Assembly: GCA_963716765.1 (NCBI GenBank)
Contig: CAVQUO010000021.1
Coordinates: forward strand, 141,995-205,994
Source: an uncultured Bacteroidota bacterium
GTDB lineage: Bacteria > Bacteroidota > Bacteroidia > Bacteroidales > GCA-2748055
Length of the DNA stretch: 64,000 nucleotides
Reading direction: 5' to 3'
In this document: positions 12,195 through 22,569 of the stretch, in pieces
Layout of the letters: every line of letters starts with the position of its first letter
Position numbering within the stretch: position 1 is the stretch's first letter
Notes under the pieces: generated by a model
Databases searched by the model: none
What the model was told of the DNA's origin: nothing
Seen by the model: only the letters and a program-made list of their open reading frames with translations
Program-made: the position numbers and the translations under genes

Positions 12195-13783
12195 GTGAAT
12201 AAAACCTTGCAAATTCTGTTGCTATTTATCGTCTTCACTCCTTCAAACCTGGTGTGTCAATCTCACTATGAAGTATCGCGAGCAAAATTCTAGCAGTTCA
12301 AATTATGATGAATTTTCACCAACGCTTTATAAGGATCAGATTGTTTTCTGTTCCGACATTGAACATGAACTTTTATTCACCTATCAAGAATAATAAGAAG
12401 AATAGTCTGTTTAGCTCTTTAAAGTGGATTTTAGATTCTGCAGGTGCTACTCACATCTCCCAATTTAGTCCCGACCTTGTAACCCCCTTCAATGATGGTC
12501 CGGCCTCCTTCCATCCGGATAGCAACCTTGTGGTATATTCAAGAAATCTGGACGCTAAGGCAAAGCCGAAGAACATGCTTGACCTAAGTAACAAGCTGGG
12601 ACTTTTTTTTGCAGAGCTGATTGATGGTGAGTGGATTCCCATTGAAGCATTTCCCTTTAACAATGCAGACTACTCCATAACAACGCCATGTTTTAGTACA
12701 CATGGAGATTCTCTTTATTTTGCATCAGATATGCTTGGAGGCTTTGGCGGGACTGATTTATACTTTTCAGTAAAATCTGACAGCGCCTGGAGTATTCCGG
12801 TGAATCTTGGTGAAAAACTGAATACCCCCGGAAATGAGGTTTATCCATTTGTGGCTTTGAATGGCGATCTTTTCTTTGCCTCGGATGGACTTGGCGGTCT
12901 TGGGAAAAAAGATATTTTTCTTACGCGAAAGTCTGGATCAGATTGGATCACCCCTGTTCATCTGGACGCGCCCATCAATTCCCCGGCAGATGATTTTGGC
13001 CTGGTCACAAATAAGGAATTTTCTGAAGGTTATTTCTCCACCAGTAGGGGAACAACAGATGACATCTATCATTTCACAACTGTCATACCACAACTTTTTA
13101 ACTGTGACACACTTCTCGTTAATAATTATTGTTTTGAATTCTGGGATGATGCCTACCTCGGAGTTGACTCCCTACCCGTCACCTATGAATGGGAGTTTAG
13201 TGACGGAACAAAGTTAAGAGGCCTGAGTGTGGAGCATTGTTTACCAGGAGCTGGGCAGCACTGGGCCAAGCTCAATATTATTGACAGCACCACCAGCTCT
13301 GTCTTTTTCACACAAACATCGATGGAGTTTGAACTCGAGGACTATGTTCAACCCTACATCACCTGTAAAGATACGGGAATCATTAACAATACAATGGAAT
13401 TCAGCGGATTACAATCCAATCTTCCAGGCTACTCCATTGAAGAATACATTTGGGACTTTGGAGAAGGGAAGCTTGATACCGGGGCCGTGGTGAAACACCA
13501 ATTTGATAAAGCAGGTGAGTATGCGATCAAGCTTGGTCTGAAGGCATATTCAGAGGGATTGCCTGATAAAGAAATTAGATGTGTAGTAAAACCTATCACC
13601 TTGCTTGAAGACAACCAGGCACTTGCCATGCATCTCTCTGGTATAGATATACTTGTTGCAAAAGAAATAGAATCCTCAAAGCTTAAAGGAATTGGATATG
13701 GCGAATCAAAACCGATTTCCACAAACAGAACTGAGTAGGGCAGAATGATGAATCGCAGGGTTTAGTTTCTCATTCTAAATTAA
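12195..13783 (+). CDS. PorE-like protein: PD40/WD40 propeller + PKD domains, with degraded OmpA-like C-terminus (ORF stops at 13738)
   Basis: LYFASDMLGGFGGTDLY, PVNLGEKLNTPGNEVYPF, INSPADDFG; YEWEFSDG and YIWDFGEG PKD motifs; GYGESKPI..NRTE*GR..NRRV*FLILN*. Confidence 0.8.
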
Positions 13784-13810
13784 AACAAAGTACTAATTGT
13801 TTTTACCATT

Positions 13811-14804
13811 ATGGGATTCTTCAGATATTTATGCTGCCTCATATTTATAATAGTATTACCCACCCTGGAGGTGTTCCCTCAACAGGCCCCTGCTAAGGAT
13901 GAGAATATTTCTTATCTGGTAACCTTTGGTGCCAATGCTGAATCAAGCTGGGGAGATGATGATTTTTGTCAGACCTTATTTTTTATGGTACCCCCTTCTT
14001 ATACCGATCCGTTTTATATAAGGGTGTATGACCCGGATACTGGGGGCGAATTGGATGAGCAAAAAGGAGAATTCAATACAACTGTAAAAATCTCAATTTA
14101 CGGAGGTAAAGATGCCTGGAATAATATAGATGCCAGGCAGGTTGACCCCATTGGGAATTATAAGAGCGGCAATATGCTTGCATCCCGTAGTTTCGGTACA
14201 GATGGATCGATATGACAATGGCTGGTATACCTTTGGTCCTTTTATCCAACAGGAAGGTGAATTTGTTGAAAAACTTGGGGGATATGTCTTTAAAGTTATC
14301 GTTCAGGGCATCGATGGAGATGACGGAAACCTCTACAGATTCTTTATGAGTATGAATAAAGATGAAAACAAAGCCATAGAGGGGGGAAATGTGTTTACCT
14401 ATGAATATACCTTCAGACTCTCAAATAGGCAGGAAGACATTTCTCAAATCTATCCCTTTCTGGATGATAAAGTCACTTCAGTGAAGATTCTTAATTATGA
14501 TTGGGACAATGATGGTTTTATCAGAGTTGTTTCAGTATCCAAAAGGGGGGAATTGTGCACAATATCGAATGATGGTGATTGGAAAGAGAACGAATATCTA
14601 ATCACGAAAGATGAATTAAATACTTCCATGGAGATCCAGTTCATTAAGAACAAAGAAATATTGGTGAAAAATAATAATGTTGTTGTTATTGTTCAGAATC
14701 AGTATGGAGAATCCCTTCCCTTTTATGTGATTCCCATTGGGGAAGACCAGTATATAAATCCCTCTCTGCGGATGAAATCCATCGAAAGAAAACAAACACC
14801 ATGA
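13811..14804 (+). CDS. uncharacterised secreted protein (paralog A of 21413-22444; frameshifted)
   Basis: Signal-peptide-like start, then APAKDENISYLVTFG...WGDDDFCQ...GDDGNLYRFFMS...YEYTFRL; colinear with 21413-22444. Confidence 0.8.
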
Positions 14805-17800
14805 GAACGCGGCTATTTATCCTCTTCGTTTTACTAGCATTTTCTTCAAGGGCAATAGGACAACAATATTTCTTCAGGCAGTACAGCAATACGGAAGCGT
14901 TTGCACCAATCGTTCATATACGATGTTAACCAGGATAGCCTGGGGTATCTCTGGGTCGGTACACCTGAAGGGATATACCGCTTTAATGGATTTGACTTTG
15001 AACACTTTAGTGTGGAAGATGGCCTGGCAAATGATTTCATTACTAAAATTCACGTAGCCAGGGATGGTAAAATCTGGATAGGACATCAAAACGGTGCGGT
15101 TTCGCTTCGATTAAAAAATGGCTTTGTACGATTTAGTGAACAGTCTGATAACCAGGGATCAGTAACTGATCTGAACTGAAGATGAAGAGGGTTTGATTTG
15201 GATCGCAAGCCAAAACCAGGGACTAAGCCTTATTGATAAGGATCTGAAAATTAAATCCCTGAAGTATTCCTGATGAAGTAGAATCCTTATCTCAGATTGA
15301 ATCGATAGGAAACAATCAGTTTCTTTTAGGTTCTCAGGAATCCCTGGTTCTGACAAGATATCGAATTGAAAACTCATCCATGGAAGTCCTGTCTGATTTT
15401 AAGGAATATCCCGGATCTAAAGTGGCCGGAATTTTCCCGGATGCATCTGGTGGATATATTATTGTTAGTCAGAATGATGGCGTTTATCACCTGAACACGA
15501 ATCCTGGGTCCGGGGAATACAAATTCTCGACGATAGATACGCAAAAATAGAGATGGATCACTTGACAATCTGCAGGGCGGCTTACTGGATGGGAATAGCA
15601 ATTTATGGGTCTATTCCAATGGAAACGCTTTGCTTCAGTACAGCTTAGCAGAAGACCACGAGTATATCAGAGTTGCCAGGATATCAATCACAAACGGACT
15701 TGCTTCAGATAATGTACGTTCCATGTTTGAGGACCTCGAAGGAAATCTCATGGATTGGTATGTTCGGGCAAGGTTTGCTACGATATGTAGATAGCAACCT
15801 TAAAATCAACAGATATGAAGAAGAGGAAACCAATGAAATCCATGCCCTGGCAGCCTATGATGGCGATTTTTTGTTTGCATCCGGAAATGATCTTCTGAAA
15901 ATAAACAGTTCTGGTGACTCCATTCTGAATTCCTATCCGCTTCCGGTCAGAAGTTTAGGCGATAAAGTGAACGCTGTTTATGCTGATGATGAGGGAAGAA
16001 TCTGGCTTGGATATGAACAATCAGGCCTTTTTGTTGCAGAATCTTATGGCAAAGCGTTTAAGCCTGGGCAAGATTTCCAAAGACTTACTGGCCAACTCGG
16101 TAAATCATATATGCGGTAAAGGCGAGCATATCTGGATCGGTACCAAAAAGGGAATCTGCAAAATAAACATCAAGGACCCGGCGCTCATCCCTCGCTGGTT
16201 TACGACTAATGAAGGATTACCACATAATAACATCAGGCAACTCCATATTGACACAAAAGGCAGGCTCCTTACATCGCAACTCTGTGTAACAAAATATACT
16301 ACATCCTGGATAATGATGAAATCTGGCTCCTTAGAATTCAGCAATTTGGGGGCCTTAACCTCGATCGCATCTTTCACAGAAGATCAGAATGGGAACCTCT
16401 GGGCCGGAAGTCTTGGCCATGGGGTTTGGATGATCAAGGCGGATAGCCTCAGGAACTACACCAGGACCTCTGGTTTAATTTCAGATTTCTGTTACAGTAT
16501 GGCATTAACAAAAGATGGATTCCCCATTATCGCACATATAGGGGGAATATCACTTATTAACAGCGAAAAAAACATTATTAAAACATTCCAGCCGGTATGA
16601 GGGAGTGAACAGCTCCGTAGAATTTTTTCCAAACGCCATATTAAGCGATCGTTTGGGCGAATGTTTGGTTTGGGACCTCAGAGGGTCTGATTAAATACAG
16701 CTCTGGTATCTCCTTAGGTGGATTGATGGCTCCAAAGTTACAAATCAATAACGTTCTTCTTGATGGAGATACCCTGGACGTAAGAAAATGGTCCCATCAT
16801 TCTTAAACCAGGCCAATATGAACTAAGTGTGGAATATATAGGAATCAGTTTTACTAATCCGGAAAACGGCACTTATTAAAGCACCCTGCTTGAAGGCCAT
16901 AATCAAGCCTGGTCCGCTCCAACCTTCAGTCGCAAAGTAACATTCGAGCGGCTTGAACAAGGAGATTATTCTTTTAAGATCAGGGCTTATAATGAGAATG
17001 ATATCAAAAGTGAAATGATTTCAGCATTTCAATTAAAGATTAAAAAACCAGTTTACATGTCAATCTGGTTTTATGTAGTCATTTTATTGCTTTTGGGAAT
17101 TGCTTTTTATACGACCCTGAGGATCCGGGAGTGAAACTCACATAATGGTCCAGGAACGCTTATTGAAAAATATTGATGATAAAACCAAAGAAATTATTGT
17201 CAAAGAAGAGATTATTAAAGAGCGGAAAAAGGTTGAAAAAGTATTAATTGAGGCAAAGTCCAAGGCTGAATTATCTGAGAAACTCAAAACTTCTTTTCTA
17301 CGAGAATATGTCTCACGAAATCAGGACCCCGATGAATGCTATTGTTGGGTTCTCTCAAATGCTTGACAGGGTAGATCTTCCAGATGAAACCAGGAATGAT
17401 TTTATTAAAAATATATCCATTAATGCTGAATCGCTTTTAAAAATGATTGATGATATTCTGGACCTCTCAAAGCTGGAGACAAATCAATTGGAAATAATAG
17501 AGCAGAACTGTCAGGTGAATGGGCTGATGCAGGATTTAAAATCGGTCTTCGGAAATAAACTAAAATCGGAGGGTAAAGAGGAAATAAATTTTGAAATGAG
17601 CTGCCCGGGAGAAGATGAGCTATCCATTATTACCGACCGGATCCGCCTAAAACAGACTCTTAACAATCTGCTGGATAACGCCTTAAAATTCACTGAATCC
17701 GGAAAAATTTCTCTCTCTCGGCTACTATCTGGATGAAAAAAAAATAACATTTTATGTGGAAGACAGCGGAATAGGGCTTTCAGAAGACAAAAAATCCATT

Positions 17801-17983
17801 GTTTTTGACCTGTTTAGAAAGGTTGAAGATGATCGCTTTAAACTATATCGGGGTACGGGAATGGGGCTCACACTGGCAAAGTATCTGGTGGAAAGAATGG
17901 GCGGTGAAATAAATGTGGATTCAGAAGTAGATATAGGTTCTAAATTCTATTTTCATCTGCCATTAAATCCTCAGGCTAGCTAA
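14801..17983 (+). CDS. two-component regulator propeller + Y_Y_Y sensor histidine kinase (HisKA + HATPase_c); many frameshifts
   Basis: QDSLGYLWVGT.EG..RFNG...DGLANDF blades, TM segment near 17070-17120, NMSHEIRTPMNAIVGF H-box, NLLDNALKFT, DSGIG, GTGMGL. Confidence 0.88.
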
Positions 17984-17997
17984 ATGTGGGAAGGCAG

Positions 17998-18045
17998 GCT
18001 TCACTGCATTTTCCACAAAGTTCTGGATCAGCATCTTCGGGATTT
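17998..18045 (-). pseudogene. 48-bp remnant of LytS-type kinase N-box region (IPKMLIQNFVENAVK)
   Basis: 46/48 identical to 22851-22898; both mismatches are synonymous Asn codons on the minus strand. Confidence 0.85.
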
Positions 18046-18229
18046 TGAATCTCTAATGAAAGAATATCCTGATTTGTTGTTAGAGATTGCAGCCCATACC
18101 TATCATTCGGATACTTTTGAAGCCAACCTGAAAACTTCCAGGAAATGGGCTCAGGAAATAGTAGACTTAATGGCATTGGATAAAGGAAGTATATTGAATT
18201 CCCGGATTGAGGTTCTGATTCTTAACTAA
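18046..18229 (+). pseudogene. remnant of an OmpA-like domain (C-terminus of a PorE-like gene)
   Basis: LMKEYPDLLLEIAAHT...EANLKTS.KWAQ.IVD...NSRIEVLILN* resembles OmpA-like domain motifs and the FLILN* end at 13783. Confidence 0.55.
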
Positions 18230-18231
18230 GT

Positions 18232-21200
18232 TTATATTTCAAAGCCCATAAAAATCACATCATCAATCTGATCAAGCTCTCCCTTCCAGGAATGAAAACG
18301 ATCATTTATAATCTCTGAATGTTTATTGAAGGGCAGGTGCTGAATTTCATTCAGCAGGGTTTTGAGACCGGATGTTTTAAATTTCTTCCCCCGGGGGCCT
18401 CCAAACTGATCAGGATAACCATCTGAGTAAAGATAAAGCTTATCGCCCTTTTGCAGATCAAAGACCTTTGTTTCAAATTCCTTGCTGGGCTCTTCATACC
18501 TTCCGCCGATTGAGAACCTGTTTCCCTGAACATAAGTCTGTTCGCCTTTGCGATAGATTATCAGCGGATTCATGGCCCCTGCCATCCTAAACTGCATCGT
18601 TTTCTTATTATAAAATCCTGCCACCATATCCATCCCATCAACAGAAGAAGAAGTTCCAAGGTTGCGATTCAGCGCAGATTTTATTTCCCTGTCAAGTAAC
18701 TGGAGCAACTGGGATGGAGAATCCAGACTTTCATTGCTGCAGATGTCTTTTATAAGGGTAATTCCTATCATTGACATAAAGGCTCCGGGAACACCATGTC
18801 CTGTACAATCAGCGCAAACTATGGCAAAGGTATCCTCATCGAGGTCATCGAACCAATAAAAATCACCGCTGACAATATCCTTGGGCTGATAAAATACAAA
18901 TGCCCTGCTGAAGGTCTCCTCCAGTTTCCCAACTGGGGGCATAATACTGGTCTGTATTCTCTTGGCATAATTAATACTCTTGGTGATCTCCAAATTGATG
19001 TCCTCAATTTCCTCCTTTTGTTTAATCACCTCACTTGTACTCTCATCCAATTTCTTTTGAAGTAAGGCCTGGAAGCGGATCTGCTTTCTCTCCCGTGCTT
19101 TCAGAATTATGTAAAAGGTCAGCAGGACGAGTAAGAATATGCTAATATAAAACCAGCCTGAAAAATATATTGGTTTTTTGATCTTCAAAACAAACGCAGC
19201 ATCTATCTCCTTTGACAGCCCCTTCTCGTTAAAAGCTCTGATCCTGAACATATATTCCCCATGACCTACCCGATCATATACTACCCTTCTTGCCTCCCGA
19301 TAATCGGACCAGCTTTTGTTATATCCCTCCAGTTTTGTCTGATATAGGACCATCTCAGGATTGGTAAAACTAATCCCGATGTATTCAACTGTGATTTCGT
19401 ACTGACCAGCTGGGAGAACAATTCGCCCCCCACCTATTTCACGCTCTATTCCGTCAACCAGCAGCCGCTTGATGCTTAGCTTTGGTGCAAGCATATTTTT
19501 ACCAGAGTTGCCAGACATGTAACTGACCAGCCCTTCGGAAGTCCCGAACCAGATCTGCCCGCTTGCTTCCTTAGCTACCGCATTGGGATAAAACTCCATG
19601 GAGCTTTTTATGCCCTCCTTGCGACCATAACGTGTAATTCGGTTTGACTCGGGATCAATGACAGAAAAACCGCCCCGGTGACTGACTACAGGATGGCCAT
19701 CCTGGGAAAGAATCAAACTGTAGCAAAAATCTGAGCTTAGGCCGGTAGCAACACTGTAATTCAAATTTTCTCCATCCGAAATCCGCCAGACCCCATTACC
19801 CTGGGTTCCTGTCCACAGACTCCCATCGCTTCCCTCTGCAATCGAAGTTAAGGTTGTAAAAGGTCCCATTTGGCTATTTTCAAGAACTCCCGTTTCTCCG
19901 TCAAAAGTGATATAATGGATTTCGCTGCACAAAGTAGATAGCAAAACCCTTTGCTCCTTGTCTATATAAAGGTGCCTGACGTGATTATGAGGAAGCCCGT
20001 CATCAGTTGTGAACCACTTTTTATCTTTATTTTCAGTAGAATATCGACACACACCCCCTTTGCTTGCGATCCATATTGTTCCTGCCAGCCCGGTAATATG
20101 ATTAATGGAATTTGCAAGGTCATTCTTTGAAATGAATATACGTCTGAAGTCTGATTTATCATGCTCTTTGAGATACAAACCGGATTGTTCAAATCCCAGC
20201 CATAATGAACCATCATCCGCCAGGTAAATACTGTTTACCAGGTCACCGGAAGGAGTATCGGGTAGAGAATACCTGTCTATTACAGAGTCTCCATTGCAGG
20301 CAATTTGCACCAACTCATCCTGGATCACAGTTAGCAAAGTCTCACCCTCTACTAACAGGGCTTGCACCCGATTCATATCTTGTTTGTGGCCAAATTGATA
20401 AAAAAGAAAGGGTGTTTTCTGCGTATTTCAACAGGCCTTCTCCATACATACCCAGCCAGAGGTTCCCTTCACTATCCTTGTACACACATCGAACCAAATT
20501 GGAAACCAAACCTTGCTCCCGGGTGATCACTTCGCGACTTATTATTTCCCCTAGGTCTCCAAATTTGTATTTCAATAAACCATTTCCCATTGAGACGAGC
20601 CACAAGCTTGCCTGATCATCCCAAAGCCCCCCCTGTATGTTGTCAAGTGAACCATCAGAATTGAGATCCATCGATTCCAGTGAATACTCCGAACTGGAGG
20701 GATCAAAACGAAAGTCATAAAACCCGTAATCCTGGCTAATCACATAATGTGATCCATGATCACCGGGAATAATGGCTATCACTTTTGAACCTTCATACCC
20801 TTCGAGAGTTTCAAGAACAGACATCTCACCTCTTGCAGGCTTAAACTCAGCCAGGTAAAGATGCTCTTGAGAACCGAGGAGGAAATGATTATTACCCAGG
20901 GTTGCAATCTGAGATAGCGGTTCATTGGTTAAGGAAAACCGGACAGAGGTATCCACTTCTAATCCAGTGAAAGTTATAATGCCACCATTTTGAATGGTAG
21001 CCCAGATCCTCCCTTTTGCATCCTGGCTAAAACTAGTTAAGGATCCGGAGGAATCGGAACCCTTGTAAACCACATTAAATTCATTTCCGTCATGCACTGT
21101 GACCGACCCATTGCCATGTCCAACCCACAATTTGCCGCTGGAATCTGTAAATACTTTTGCAGCAAAATTGTCTGCTAAACCATCCTGCATGGTGTAGTAA

Positions 21201-21400
21201 TCAAACTCAATCCCGTCAAACCTGTAAAGGCCTTCACCGCTTCCTATCCACAAGTACCCTGAACTGTCCTGAACAATAGAATAAATGAAGGTATGCTTAA
21301 GCCCCTGATCATTGTTATATTGCCTGAAAAAGTATTCCTCGCCATCTGCAAAGGCTGTGATTCCCAAGAGAAGGGAAATTATAAATCGCTGCATCTTCAT
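18232..21400 (-). CDS. two-component regulator propeller + Y_Y_Y sensor with SpoIIE/PP2C phosphatase output (one frameshift near 20390)
   Basis: Propeller blades, Y_Y_Y (YQTKLEGY...GEYMFRIRAFN), TM, coiled coil SINYAKRIQ, KDIVSGDFYW, ADCTGHGVPGAFMS, DGMDM, LYSDGYPDQFGG, QIDD. Confidence 0.92.
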
Positions 21401-21412
21401 TACGGAATACTA

Positions 21413-22444
21413 TTATTTTTGAACGGGTCTCATCTTTAAAGTAGGGTTATAGACAGGGCGACCACCAATGGGAATCACATTAAAAGGAAGAGATTCTCCA
21501 TACTGGTTCTGGACAATAACCACTACATTATTATTTTTTATGGCGACTGATTTATTTTTGATAAACTGTACTTCCATGGAAGTATTTAATTCCTGTTTCG
21601 TAATGGGAAAGGAATTGGTCTGCCAATCATTGTCACTGGAAATATCACAAAGTTCCCCTCTTTTGGCAACAGAGACGAGCCTTATAAAACCATCATTGTC
21701 CCAATCGAAATTAGATATTTTCACAGAGGTCACCTGATCGTCGAGATAAGGATATATCTGCGAAACATTCTCCTGGTTATTCGAGAGTCTGAAAGTATAT
21801 TCGTAGGTGAAAATATTTCCGCCTTCAATGGGCTGGTTCTCATCCCTGTCGGTACTCATGTAAAATTTGTAAAGGTTTCCATCATCCCCGCTTATCCCTT
21901 GTGCGATGATCTTGAACAGATAGCCTCCCAGCTTTTCCGAATACTCACCCTCCAACTGGTTAAAAGGTCCGAAGGCATACCATTTTTGATCGTAGCGAGC
22001 CTCCTGGGCGAAGTTTTTGGAAGCAAGTAAATTCCCACTATCGTAGTTCCCTTCCGGATCCACAGCCTTTGCATCATCATTGGTCCAGACACCCTGTCCT
22101 CCATAAACAGCAAATCGGACTGAGGTGTTAAATGCACCTTTCATCTCGTCAAGTTCACCGAAAATATCCGGATCATATACTTTGATATAGAAAGCTTCTT
22201 TGTAAGCTTCAGGGACTGTAAAGAAAAAGATTTGGCAAAAATCATCATCTCCCCAGGATTTGTCGGCATCTGCACCAAAAGTCACAAGGTATGGTATATT
22301 CTCGTCCGCTGCCGGGGCTGATTGAGAAACTATATCAGTAAAGCGGAAAATGAAAATGATAAGCAACAGATTAAAAAGAAGCATACTTTTCTTCAGAATG
22401 CCCTTTGATATCATCACAAAAATCATTGGGTTCAATATCCTCAT
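21413..22444 (-). CDS. uncharacterised secreted protein (paralog B of 13811-14804)
   Basis: Intact 343-aa ORF with hydrophobic N-terminal segment; strongly similar to 13811-14804 along its length. Confidence 0.88.
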   Translation of the reverse strand: MRILNPMIFVMISKGILKKSMLLFNLLLIIFIFRFTDIVSQSAPAADENIPYLVTFGADADKSWGDDDFCQIFFFTVPEAYKEAFYIKVYDPDIFGELDEMKGAFNTSVRFAVYGGQGVWTNDDAKAVDPEGNYDSGNLLASKNFAQEARYDQKWYAFGPFNQLEGEYSEKLGGYLFKIIAQGISGDDGNLYKFYMSTDRDENQPIEGGNIFTYEYTFRLSNNQENVSQIYPYLDDQVTSVKISNFDWDNDGFIRLVSVAKRGELCDISSDNDWQTNSFPITKQELNTSMEVQFIKNKSVAIKNNNVVVIVQNQYGESLPFNVIPIGGRPVYNPTLKMRPVQK

Positions 22445-22569
22445 ATTTCCTCCAAAATAGAAAAAGTTTTAGTGTACTATGAAAAAGGTTATAAACGACC
22501 AACATTATGGTTCGCAACTTGTCCCAATGAAATCACGGTTTAGTAAGCGCCATATTTTAGAAGCATTCT

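Noticed and set aside
13736..13765. TAG recoding or alternative genetic code suggested by two in-frame TAGs
   Set aside because: TAG is the normal terminator of many intact genes here (e.g. 11260, 26161, 27538, 31671); local decay is the simpler explanation.
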